64,000 bases of DNA from Hormiphora californensis (lineage: Eukaryota > Animalia > Ctenophora). The notes beneath the pieces are model-generated. The model had not been told where the DNA came from and made no database searches. It worked only from the letters and a program-made list of their open reading frames with translations. The stretch lies in assembly GCA_020137815.1 (NCBI GenBank), contig CM035356.1, positions 1,984,001-2,048,000 of the forward strand. Direction: 5' to 3'. The translations under genes were made by a program, and so were the position numbers. Shown here piece by piece: positions 1-10,858 of this stretch; position 1 is the first letter of the stretch, and each line of letters opens with the position of its first letter.

Positions 1-1785
1 ATGTATAATAGGGTTTGGGAACTGCAAAACCAGCTCTTCAGTTACGTCACTTTGCCAAATATAGGCATCTGTTGCATATTGACCCTCTCCCAATGAAAAT
101 AGGAGATACCCATTACCCAGGCCAGTTTAACCTTCCAGTCATGTAACCAATGATGTTATCTTAGGCAACATACTGCGGAAATTTGGGCACGTCGCGCCCC
201 TCATGTTCGCACGCCCAAAGGGCGATCCCCTCACACACCTACAGGGCTTGCCTGCTACGCAGGCAATGCGGAAATCTATATTACATATGTACTACATACT
301 ACTCAGGGAGCAGTTTAAGACGCAATGATATGACATTCAATTTAATCATCGGGCCGTATACTTATCTAAATTCGGTATTCATATATTGAATCAATATGAA
401 TACCGAATTTAGTCATTGAGGGAGTGGACTGGCTATACCAATATAAAAACTATTAACGCTCGGCTCACTGTAGAGGCTTGCTTCCATTTCCTAAGAAAAC
501 GCTCTGTCAAACTCTTCCAAGAAATTTAGTTTTCATATAATTAGCCAGTTAAGTGTTACTAAAATTATTGGTATGTCCTTTAACTTGATCTGTGAAGAGA
601 TGCCGGCGAGAGTGCTCAACTGCTCGTTTCGATTATAGTTATGTTCTTTAGTTATAACTTTTCTTTTTTATTCCGTCGAATATGTTTCTGAAAAACTTAG
701 ATAATTCAGGAGAGTTTGCAGTTTGCATACAGACCTACGTATACTGTCAGTATTTTAGATCCTTCAATAGACACCTAAGTCCTAAGCGAGGGCCGGTTTA
801 CTATAGACCTTCATTATAGAACACTAGCTCATCAGTACATCTGCATGGTAAGTTAACAAAGTGATAATGTGACTAGAGAGATGTAGCAGTCAGGTCACTA
901 AAAGGTGTAAATACGCCCGAAATGCACGGCCATCATCGTGTATAGAGCGGCATATATAAATGTTAGCTGAGTTCCAACCCACACAACAACTGTTGTATGT
1001 GATGATGGGTCCGGGTTTAGGCCCCGGTTTAGGTGCTAAATATAGTGCGTGGTTAACGTAGCTTTATAGAATGGTTTTTTATAGCCATTGTCGGGCTGGG
1101 AAATGCAGCATCCTTATAACTTGCACTCTCTCTATCTCCCTCTATCGATATTAGCTTGGTTGGAGAGAGCACTTCGTGAGACCTACATTGTCTCCCTGTA
1201 ATGACCATGGACATTTTAACCTTTCAGTGATCCTATTGCATTGTATTAGGTTATGCAGTTAGCCTGGGATCGCTCGATGTCCCGGAAACCTAGCGAAGGA
1301 AAACCTAAGGCCGTTAATGTTATAAGTGTCACATCCTCATAAAACGGAGAAGCCATTTTTGTATCGATTCCTGGGAATATTACCACATGATCTGACAGTT
1401 ATGCACTGTCGAGGGACCTCAGTTCAGGCCCTTCATGTATATAAGTGACGTGATGTCTTGTTAGCAAGTGTTTGAATAGTTTCAACTAAACTATTGACGT
1501 TGACTAACGTTCTGCTGTTCTTAAAATAGTAACTATATTCTTGAAATATTATATCCTTGTTCTTTTCACAATTTGATCACTTGATATTCACACTAGACAT
1601 ATTTGCTCAGCTGTCACCCATGCAACCCCTTGTCAGAAGCTCTGACATGATATTACTGTCAGAGAAAAGGGGGCGTCAAGAGGGGGAGTTGGTGGTTACA
1701 ACGACTTATCCAGCTGTTGTACAGTATTTAGTCTGCCGGGTTGAAGAGGGATGGGAAGGGCTAGAGAGAGGAGGGAGAGAGGAGG

Positions 1786-1818
<33 letters not shown>

Positions 1819-2927
1819 TTGAACAGGTGGTTCCAACTAGTTTCATAGACCTTCACCCTTTTCTCGCCCTGTCTCCCTCGTTTCAACAGGTCATTAGTAA
1901 TAGCTTGTTGATCTGTCACCATAATTGATAATGCTTTATTATGATGTTACCGACACGCGTCAAAGAATATGTCAGGGACTAGCTGATATATAAAGGACTG
2001 CTTTGAATCGTTTTTGAAGAGGGTCCCCACCCTAAAAAGAAGAGCCGCTAATCTGTTCGTCCAGTGTGTGTACGAGATCTATTGTTTGCCGGTACCCTCT
2101 TTACCTTAGACGCTGCAGTTTACACATAATAGCTTCTAGTGGGCCAGCTCTGCAGCAGCAGGTTGTTTTAATTTCTTATTATGTATGGGTGCACTTTTTA
2201 GTAGGGGAGCTCATTTCCGGGGGGACTTGCGTTGTTAATGACATCAACCAATAACAACATGTAGCCCGGGACACTGCAGCTTGCTTTATAATCTAACCAA
2301 TAGTTGCAGTGGTAATGTGTTCATCCAGTCATGAACCTTTCTTTTGCGAACCACTTGTATAAAACAGCTCTCTTAATTATTCAATGTCGTAACACCATAA
2401 CTTTACGGGGGGTAATTTGCCCTCTTTGGGAAAAGCAGCTTCCTTCGAAACACGTTCCCCCAACACATGTCATGTTTTCTCTCTTATCTTATCTTATATG
2501 CTTATCTGATACGATGACGATGAGAGAACAACAAAAGTTATCATCTCGTAATACTTTAATTTTTTTATAGTCTGTTGAATTGTAGCGTACAGTATATCAT
2601 GATGAAAATTACAGTAATCGTCCTGATAGCCCTCCTTCCTCTCCTTACAAGGTGGGTGTTCATTCATTTTAGAGACATTTAATATCATCCAGGGCACGCA
2701 GCTTTTTGCATCTTTTCATTATCCTTTCAACAGAATTATATAATCCCCTGACCCCAGATCACTCTCAGCCCAATGACCCCAGCTCCCTCTCTCAGCTCAC
2801 TGACCCCAGCTCTCCCTCTCAGCTCACTGACCCCAACTCCCTCTCAGCCCACTGACCCCAGCTCCCTCTCACTGACCCCAACTCCCTCTCTCTTTTCACT
2901 CTCACTCACTCTCTCTCTCCCTCTCAG

Positions 2928-3714
2928 CTCGCAGGCAGTTAACACGGAGGAGGTGGTGGATACGCTCAGTGCCCTCATGTGCAGTCGCCTTTCAAAGGGT
3001 GTAGTACGAACCAGTGATAAGGAGATGAGAAACTTCTGCGAGTCAACCAAGACCATCATATGCGATCAGTAAGTGCATTGTCATGCGATGCCCGGCCACG
3101 ACCCTCTCTCCCGGTTTTAACCTGTCAGAGCGTTGGCTTGACCCTGTTCTAATTTCTTTCACGGAGCACACGAGAACATAGAACCTGACAGATCCAGTGA
3201 TGACACTAAAGCTCTACCTCCCCTCAGGGAAATTAAACTAAAGCTCTACCTCCCCTCAGGGAAATTAAACTAAAGCTCTACCTCCCCTCAGGGAAATTAA
3301 ACTAAAACTCCCCCCTCAGGGATACTTTTGATAAGTCATCTGAGGAGGTATCAGGGTTTGCCTGTAAGGGAGTGAAGAATCCAACTCTATCCTACCAGAT
3401 GCAGAGGACCCCGGGATACGTGTGTAGCTACTCTGGAAGCAGTGAAAAGGTACACTTACTGTCTCATATTACGGCCTCCCTTGCACCTCCGGAGATCTCT
3501 GGAGGTGCAAGGGAGGACGTTATGTATCATGGCTCTTTTTTGAGTTATTGAGTACTGTTATTGAGTAAGGAGTAGGACGATTTGATTGGATACCCCATTA
3601 TTAGTGGTACTGATACCCCATACCAAAACAGCTGCAATAGCGGTACCGACAATAATGAACTTTTTGCAGGTCAAAGAATTAAAACGGAGAATGGAGTATA
3701 GTGGATATTGTTAA
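2928..3714 (+). CDS. 3' exons of an unidentified spliced gene
   Basis: Three phase-compatible exons (2928-3068, ~3320-3449, 3670-3714) with AG/GT borders read ...SQAVNTEEVVDTLSALMCSRL...DQ/DTFDKSSEE...SSEK/VKELKRRMEYSGYC*. No recognisable domain; upstream exons uncertain. Confidence 0.45.
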
Positions 3715-4547
3715 AGGACATCCCCTTAACATCATCAATGTATACGCGATGTATACAATGTACAATGTACATATTACACCGTGTGGATAGACCCGCCCCC
3801 AGATAGAGAGGATCAGTACATTCTTCAATACCCTAGTAGAGAGCGCTGGACCGTTTTTTTGCTTATTTCACAAATATTTTATCGCACACATAGTCCGAGC
3901 TACAGAAGAAGTCCTGCAGCGTTAGGTTTGTCTTTTACACACACACACACGAGCTTGTGCAATTGTAAATTGATGTTTTCGAACTAATATTCTACGAGTT
4001 TTATTTGGTACCCAATGACTATGTATGCAATATCCAGGGGGCCGGGGGGTGATCTGGATGGACCGGGTAATGATTTGATTTGAAATAGATATTATATAAA
4101 CGTACAAATTGCACATTAAATAAATACCCGACTGACTCTTACTAATAGTTTAGCAGCCTATGGCGCGAGTGCTTACGTCTTAAAAAACTCGTTTAAAAAT
4201 ATTTAAATAAAGTAGCTATAAGGCTAAAACACACTCTTATACTAGTTGTAATCTAAATTTATTTCACTCATTAATAATAACAATTATACTTAATACTTAC
4301 CCTTGATTCCCAGTCCCCTTCCTCCCTCCCCCATGAACCATACCCCGAATTTAACGTCATGTCGACTGTTGGGTAGATCAGTTATAATTCACATCTGTGG
4401 TGCGGGTCCACCATCTTGTTTCAAACTGTTCAACACCACTCCAAACCTTCAATTTGAGTACAATGTAAGAATGAAAGATATGTGCGGAAGAAGGACAGTT
4501 ACTGTAAAGATAAAAGAAGAGAAAGGGGCCCACACCACAGCAGCGGA

Positions 4548-7500
4548 TTAAGTTATGTCGTGTAAGGCTTTCCAGAGATGGTCTTTCAGTCTAGAGGAAA
4601 ATAAATGGTGTTCAGCTGTATTTCTCAGTTCTTTAGGAAGTAAGTTCCACTCAAGGTGGCAGCGGTAAAAGTAACAGTTTTTGAACAGGTCTACTCTGGG
4701 TTGTTCGGTACATATAATGTCCGTACTGTCTCGGTTTGTTTGTTGTCTGGTGGCACGTCTGTCATGTAATTCCGGATTGTATTTTTGTAGGAAAGATGGA
4801 AGTTTTATAGGAGACGTCTCATAGAATATTTTATGGAACAATTTAAGATCATTATATTGAAATTTTTGAGTCATTGGGAGTACGTCAATCTCCCTGAGTT
4901 TCTTTATATACGTATCTAAACTATAACTGGTATCTGTTTCACCGAATATCCATTTTGTGGCACGTTTCTGGAGTCGTTCAAACTTAAGCAGACTTGACTC
5001 ACTTTGTGGACGCCATATTTGGCTACAGTGTTCGAACAAAGATCTAACTAGACTAATGTAGAGGTTCTTCTTTTTAAGGGGACATTTAACTAATACGCCT
5101 ACACGCTTCACCAGTCCTAATCTTTGAGAAGCTTTGGAAACAACATTTTTCTGGTGTTCGATTGGCGACAACTTGTGATTAGTTGAGACTCCTAGATCAA
5201 CTTCATTTTCACATAATTTGATTTCATCTCTGCCTAGGTGATAATTTAGTTGACGTTGTTTAATAATTTTAGTACACCTAAGCAGCTTACACTTTTTAGG
5301 ATGGAATATCATTTTATTATCCTTTGCCCATTCCACTAAACTATCGATGTCGGGCTGCAAACTATCTTCTTCACTATTTATAACCCGCCAAATTTTCAGA
5401 TCATCTGCATATAGCCTAATTTTAGTTAGATCATCTTCTCTTAAAACATTAACAATATCATTTATGAATAACACAAACAAGAAAGGACCTAGTATTGATC
5501 CTTGTGGAACTCCACTCCTAACCTCTACCCATTCTGAAAAATCTCCATCTAACACAACCCTCTGTTGCCTACCAGATAAATAATTCATTAGGAAACGCAA
5601 CATCTTACCTCCTAAATTAAACTCATTTTTCAGCTTATTTATTATTACATCATGAGATACACTATCAAATGCTTTCTGAAAGTCAAAGTAAACTATATCA
5701 GTTTGATTTCGGTTATTTATGTTCAACGCTAATTCACAATTAAACTCAATCAGTTGTGACGTACATGATTTCAAGGGTACAAAACCATGCTGGTAGGGAG
5801 TTATTTTTTCTAGACAGGCTTTATATAGGCGTTCTCTTACTAATTTCTCAAAAACTTTCATAACAAGGCAAGTCAGGGATATAGGCCTATAATTCTCAAC
5901 GCATGATCGTTCCCCTTTCTTGTAAACTGGGACAACGTTCGCGGTTTTCCATTCTGTTGGTATACATCCCTCTGAGTATGATTTATTAAATATAAGGGTG
6001 AGTGGATAAGCTAGGGATTTATGACATTTCTTAAGCACAACACCGTCAATATTATCTGGACCTGTTGCTTTTGACGCATCCAACTTTTTTAGAATCTTTT
6101 GGATCTCATCAAATCTAAATATCTCAGAGTTAAAATCATTAGTGTGATCTCTATCAATATCAACAGTTTCTTTGTAGGTGCTAGATTCAGTGAATTGATT
6201 ACAGAAAAATTCATTGAACATTTCACATTTACGACGACTCGAAGAGCTAAATTTATTATTAAAGTATACTCTCTCAGGAATTCTAGTGCTATTCGTTTTG
6301 GACTTAACGTGTTTGAAAAATTTCTTTGATACATTAGCATTGGGTGTAAGTTCATCTATAGAGGAAAGCTCGAGAAAAGATGTTTCTTTCTCTATTGCTA
6401 GTGTTCTGTATTGATGTTCTTTGAGTTCGTATTCCTCTTTAGCTACAGTACTATCTATATTTTTCAAGAAGGCTTTTCTAGAGTTATCGAACGATTTCTT
6501 AAGTTGGCGTAGTTCTTCATCATACCAAGGTGGCTGTGAGCCAATTTTTACATTGACTAATGGTACATTATGACGTAGTGCAATGTCTAACCTAGACTTA
6601 AAGACTTGTAGGGACTGCTCTGCTGACAGATCCTTGAACTGTCCTAACCAGTCAATTCCTAAAAGCTCTTCATTTAGAGAGTCCCAATCAGCTTTTCTAT
6701 AGGAGAATTTCTTACAATTTTTATACTTAGGGCGTGATTTTTTGAAATTTATCTCACATTTTAGTGTAAGATGGTCCGACTTTACAAGACTATTCTCTTC
6801 GAGCAAAACATTAGAATAAGTAGTTTCTATGTTAGTAAGTATTAAGTCGAGAATATTTCCATCCCTATGCGTTGGTACATTAACTAGAGATTTTAGGCCT
6901 AGAGATAAAAATAAATTGATAAAACTCTCATGAGTACTATTATTTGACACTGGGACGTCCCAGTTATCCACCGAACTTAGGTTTAGATCCCCTATAATGG
7001 TGAGATTCTTAAACTTCTTAGCAAGATTAGTATAGTAACGTTCCGCCTCTTTGAAGTGTTCCGATCCAGAATAATCATATCTATAAAATGTCGAGATACA
7101 AACGGGTGCTATATTTTTATGCTTTAGAAGAATAGTAACTATTGGTAAATCGGTCTTCGTTTTAACTAACTCTGTCTCAACTCCAATATTGTTTTTACAA
7201 AGTATTAAAACTCCTCCACCTCCTTTTTTACTAAAAGTTTTCATATCCTTCTCAGTGCGGTCTTTTCTAAATATAGAGTAATATTTATCTGATATAAGTT
7301 CCCCTTCACTAATATATTTATTCAGCCAAGTTTCATTTAAAACAACAATATCGGGCGAGTAGGTGAATAAGTATGCTTTTAGATCCCTAAGTTTAGAGGC
7401 CTGAAATTCAGGCTGATCCCCACCTATTGTGTGCATCTTTATCAGACCGTTAACATTACAATACACTAAGTTCAACTTTTTATCAGGTCCTGGATTAATA

Positions 7501-7958
7501 ATGTCAGGATGGCTTCTCAGCAGTAGCATTTTCGCTAACGACGTAACAAACATAACAAGTATAGTATATCTGCATCTGACTTTGAACAAATTAATGCCTG
7601 CAATCCTAAACTTTTTATAACATCGATATGCATACTTACTATGTCTCATACCTTTGACTAAGAAGAGGAATAGGACACAATTTGCATACCAAATATATGG
7701 TGAATTTAGATCAAACACAAATTGGCCTTCTTTTCTGAACTTGACGGGTGGAGGGGTACTCCTGAGCATTATTCCTAAAAGAGCTATCATTAGTATTGTG
7801 TAACAAATATATATGAGGAAATGATAGATTAGTATGTCTGTCGTTTCATTGTATTGTCTTTTGTTATTGTCGGTGTTGTCAATTTTTATCCTTTTCCCCC
7901 CAGCCAGACCCCCCGCAAAACCCCCAATAGCTTTTCTGTATTGTTCGACACTGATCAT
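4548..7958 (-). CDS. LINE ORF2: APE endonuclease + reverse transcriptase
   Basis: APE motifs YCNVNGL, DIVVLNETWL, IIGDLN, ILDLILTN, SDH; RT motifs KATGPDNI, NYRPISLT, QHGF, DFQKAFDSV, GVPQGSILGP, YADD. Uninterrupted frame. Confidence 0.97.
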   Translation of the reverse strand: MISVEQYRKAIGGFAGGLAGGKRIKIDNTDNNKRQYNETTDILIYHFLIYICYTILMIALLGIMLRSTPPPVKFRKEGQFVFDLNSPYIWYANCVLFLFLVKGMRHSKYAYRCYKKFRIAGINLFKVRCRYTILVMFVTSLAKMLLLRSHPDIINPGPDKKLNLVYCNVNGLIKMHTIGGDQPEFQASKLRDLKAYLFTYSPDIVVLNETWLNKYISEGELISDKYYSIFRKDRTEKDMKTFSKKGGGGVLILCKNNIGVETELVKTKTDLPIVTILLKHKNIAPVCISTFYRYDYSGSEHFKEAERYYTNLAKKFKNLTIIGDLNLSSVDNWDVPVSNNSTHESFINLFLSLGLKSLVNVPTHRDGNILDLILTNIETTYSNVLLEENSLVKSDHLTLKCEINFKKSRPKYKNCKKFSYRKADWDSLNEELLGIDWLGQFKDLSAEQSLQVFKSRLDIALRHNVPLVNVKIGSQPPWYDEELRQLKKSFDNSRKAFLKNIDSTVAKEEYELKEHQYRTLAIEKETSFLELSSIDELTPNANVSKKFFKHVKSKTNSTRIPERVYFNNKFSSSSRRKCEMFNEFFCNQFTESSTYKETVDIDRDHTNDFNSEIFRFDEIQKILKKLDASKATGPDNIDGVVLKKCHKSLAYPLTLIFNKSYSEGCIPTEWKTANVVPVYKKGERSCVENYRPISLTCLVMKVFEKLVRERLYKACLEKITPYQHGFVPLKSCTSQLIEFNCELALNINNRNQTDIVYFDFQKAFDSVSHDVIINKLKNEFNLGGKMLRFLMNYLSGRQQRVVLDGDFSEWVEVRSGVPQGSILGPFLFVLFINDIVNVLREDDLTKIRLYADDLKIWRVINSEEDSLQPDIDSLVEWAKDNKMIFHPKKCKLLRCTKIIKQRQLNYHLGRDEIKLCENEVDLGVSTNHKLSPIEHQKNVVSKASQRLGLVKRVGVLVKCPLKKKNLYISLVRSLFEHCSQIWRPQSESSLLKFERLQKRATKWIFGETDTSYSLDTYIKKLREIDVLPMTQKFQYNDLKLFHKIFYETSPIKLPSFLQKYNPELHDRRATRQQTNRDSTDIICTEQPRVDLFKNCYFYRCHLEWNLLPKELRNTAEHHLFSSRLKDHLWKALHDIT

Positions 7959-8087
7959 TGAATGGGAATGGGTTTAGGGTTCAGGAATGGGTTAACAAAT
8001 GGGGAAATTAGGGGACAATGATGAAAACTCGGCCCCCCAAACCCCAGAGAATTGTTATCATTAAATTATATATTATAAATCAAGATA

Positions 8088-9548
8088 TCAGTTAAAAACT
8101 AACTCCTCATACATAATCTCATTTAACACATTGTACCCATTACTGTTGAGGTGTACTCCGTCCTCCGAAAATAAAACACTATTAAAATTAAGTTCATTAT
8201 TTAAAAACTCAATTGTCCAATCCGAAACTACACAATTCAAAGACCTTCCTACACTCATCACAATACGATTGAACATGAACACGTTACTCGCTATCCAACC
8301 ACTATCAGGTCTGAGAGGGATAACCGTAGCGAGAACGATCTCGGTATCCTCCCCAAACCTTCTCCTAACCTCCCTAACTAAATCTACATATGCCTTATAC
8401 ACACTCCCTTTTCCCTTACTCGACCTTACAAACCCTCCCCAATATCTGATGTCATTGGTCCCAAACGCCAAAATAACCTTATTAACCTCTAGACATGGGT
8501 GCGTTACTTCCAGTCCTTTCAACATATCCATAGCCAAACTCCCCCTCCAGTTCTCATTCGGCCTACAAAGTCTCGCCCCTGAAATCGAGATGTTCACTAG
8601 CGCCGGGTCCTCGTGGATCCACTTCGTCATACTGGTTCCTAGTAGAAGTGTCCTTGGTGTCAGTCTGGGGTTCGGCAGTGTTGGTGTTGGTAGAAGGGGC
8701 GATCTGGTAGGGAATACAGAGTTCTCTTCCTGATACCCATCTACGGCAGGCGGCGAGGTTGGCGACAAAGTCATCTGTGATGCTGGAGCTTCCACCCGAG
8801 ACTGGTGTACTGGGAACTGGGGCACCTTCTGGGACTTAGCTGGGGTTGGTGCAGGTGGAGTTGGTTCTGGAGGCGATGTTTTGTGCCTCTTCCTAAAAGA
8901 CAGGGCATATCTCACGCCATACTCAACCTTTTGTGCACGGTGCTTAAAGTGCTCTTGGCATCCTGGCTTCATGGTGTACGCCTCACCATCCTTAGTGGTT
9001 ATAGACAGCTTAGGCCGCATCCGGCCATCTCCAAGGTAGGGAATGAAATCTACAGCACCATCGCTGCCAACGGTCACGACGGTGATGGGTGAGTTGTCCA
9101 CCAGCGAAGTCTCGAAATCTGAGTGGTATCCCACGCCGTCCCCTTTTCTGTATCTAGTGACTAAGCAGGAGTTGAACTCAGTCCCTAGTTCCTTGTTAAT
9201 CCTCTCCATCAGCTTATCGATGTTCGGGTATTTAGTAATGTCCTTGGGTGTCAGGTCCACGTTGGCCCACCCGTAGGGACACCCAGTGTTAGTTAGCCAG
9301 GTATTCTTGCCAGTTAATCCTCCTACTTCCCATTTCATCATCTCGAGGTCCTCATCAGAAACATATCTCCCGTGGTGGGTAACAAACTGATTCGGATCCT
9401 TTTCTGGAACTCCATCTCTCTTACGCCTCTCTAGCTCCTTTTGTACAATCTGTATAATCCTCTCCAACACGGGCGATGATACCCTGGTAAAGACTTCCTC
9501 TAGAGGTGTGTTGTCTAGAATCATGTTGGAGGCGTTGTTAACAACCAT
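8088..9548 (-). CDS. LINE ORF1: AlkB-like 2OG-Fe(II) dioxygenase + Pro-rich linker + SGNH esterase-like domain
   Basis: FNSCLVTRY...GVGYHSD...FKH...RYALSFR (HxD...H...RxxxxxR as in ALKBH2/3); then LLLGTSM, ISGA, FGTND, DGVHLN (SGNH blocks I, II, III, V). Confidence 0.9.
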   Translation of the reverse strand: MVVNNASNMILDNTPLEEVFTRVSSPVLERIIQIVQKELERRKRDGVPEKDPNQFVTHHGRYVSDEDLEMMKWEVGGLTGKNTWLTNTGCPYGWANVDLTPKDITKYPNIDKLMERINKELGTEFNSCLVTRYRKGDGVGYHSDFETSLVDNSPITVVTVGSDGAVDFIPYLGDGRMRPKLSITTKDGEAYTMKPGCQEHFKHRAQKVEYGVRYALSFRKRHKTSPPEPTPPAPTPAKSQKVPQFPVHQSRVEAPASQMTLSPTSPPAVDGYQEENSVFPTRSPLLPTPTLPNPRLTPRTLLLGTSMTKWIHEDPALVNISISGARLCRPNENWRGSLAMDMLKGLEVTHPCLEVNKVILAFGTNDIRYWGGFVRSSKGKGSVYKAYVDLVREVRRRFGEDTEIVLATVIPLRPDSGWIASNVFMFNRIVMSVGRSLNCVVSDWTIEFLNNELNFNSVLFSEDGVHLNSNGYNVLNEIMYEELVFN

Positions 9549-9598
9549 TCCTAAAACTCCATGGCTAAAACAGGCTGTTAATCCAAGAACATTACGTC

Positions 9599-9632
9599 CT
9601 CAAATTAATTTGTTTAAAGTAGTGTCGAAAAG
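9599..9632 (-). other. Genomic copy of spliced-leader-like sequence in the LINE 5' region
   Basis: Minus strand CTTTTCGACACTACTTTAAACAAATTAATTTGAG; 33/34 identical to the copy at 16551-16584. Matches the ctenophore SL as recalled. Not followed by a GT donor. Confidence 0.8.
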
Positions 9633-10003
9633 CCTGATCGGGTGATGGAAAAAAGGAGTACAAGAGGGAGAGATAGAGAGGTCTGTTAATAACGTTCCAA
9701 TAAAAAAGGGCAGGTCGTTTGCCCCCAGAATCCAGATCCATTATTCCTCAGCTATTTGTTGAACCCCAGGTGTTCAAATACCGATCCGATAGGGGGCTGA
9801 CAGTGCAGATATTATAGTGTTGTTGATCTCCTGCTACCTCCATAGCCCTCCATCCTGGCCTGGCCCTAACTGGAGAATACCTACTATAGAATATTAGAAA
9901 CCCTGCCATCGACTCTTGTCTCTTGGGTCACAATGAGAACTGTTTTAGTTTTAATTGTGATAACTCTGTAAGTTTAACTGAACCTTGTTAATGAGCTTCT
10001 ATT

Positions 10004-10858
10004 TTGGTACAGCCTTTGAAAATAGTCTATTTCAGCTCTCTACCAGACGCCACCACAGCACATAACAAAGTTGAGGGTGAGCAGAACAACTTCACTCTCA
10101 ACCTCCTCCGAGTCTATCTCTGTAGTGGGGATGAGAGATGGCTGGATGAGATCCAGGATATCTCCCTGTACATGGTAGCCAAGGTTGCATATCTCGTGCT
10201 GTGCACAATAGACGACCCAGACTTCCTAACCCATGCAATACAAACCTTCCTGCCGTATGTGAATCACGATGATATGAAACCTGCCCGGGCATGCCTCAGG
10301 AGCCTTGCAGTGCAGTACATTGGTGAACTGTCCTGTTATCCTGTTATCATGCAGGAACAGGTTGTTGTGTGGAGAGATGTCTTGTGTGTTGGTGAGGCAC
10401 AGTGTTTAGATCAGGGGATCTGGGATCTCTTTGTGAGGATTGTGGATAGAAAGAAGGAACAATTGAGGGAAGAGTTGTGTCCCAGAGATCTGTTGGAAAG
10501 AAGCGTTTCTAACCGTGGACAGTATCGTAAAGGGAGCAATGGTGGTAACGGACGTTGCCATGGTAACCGATGTACAACTAAGAATCCAGTCCCAAAGGAC
10601 CGTCATCTCAAGTCTGGTCCAGCTCACTCTAGGATCAAGAGGCAGTTTGACCCTCCAGCACACTCTCGGATAAAGAGGCAGTTTGACCCTCCAGCCCACT
10701 CTAGGATCAAGAGGCAGTTTGACCTACAGAGTACCCTGACCCTGTTCAAACATGTGATTTGTGGCAGTGAGCTATCACACCTACTATGGGATGAGGATGA
10801 TATTGTGTATTCAATGTTTAGTGGTTATTATTGTTGTGTTGTTAGGGCCATATCTTGA
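10004..10858 (+). CDS. Unidentified ORF/terminal exon with three 13-aa repeats
   Basis: 284-aa ORF, acceptor-like TTCAG near 10035, 39-nt unit PAHSRIKRQFD(P) three times at ~10619-10722. No recognised domain. Confidence 0.45.
   Translation: MVQPLKIVYFSSLPDATTAHNKVEGEQNNFTLNLLRVYLCSGDERWLDEIQDISLYMVAKVAYLVLCTIDDPDFLTHAIQTFLPYVNHDDMKPARACLRSLAVQYIGELSCYPVIMQEQVVVWRDVLCVGEAQCLDQGIWDLFVRIVDRKKEQLREELCPRDLLERSVSNRGQYRKGSNGGNGRCHGNRCTTKNPVPKDRHLKSGPAHSRIKRQFDPPAHSRIKRQFDPPAHSRIKRQFDLQSTLTLFKHVICGSELSHLLWDEDDIVYSMFSGYYCCVVRAIS

Larger units (their letters stand above)
3740..9790 (-). mobile_element. Apparently full-length non-LTR retrotransposon (CR1/L2 group), two ORFs; ends approximate
   Basis: Intronless ORF1 (486 aa) and ORF2 (1136 aa) in tandem. 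Short TACAATG-like repeats at ~3738-3771 may be the 3' tail. No TSD identified. Confidence 0.85.

Noticed and set aside
8131-8733. 200-aa plus-strand ORF
   Set aside because: Antisense shadow of ORF1 with no motif.
9599-9632. SL RNA gene
   Set aside because: No GT donor after the leader; it leads straight into the ORF1 5' UTR.
3730-9830. Target-site duplication for the LINE
   Set aside because: No convincing direct repeat found by eye, so the element ends remain approximate.
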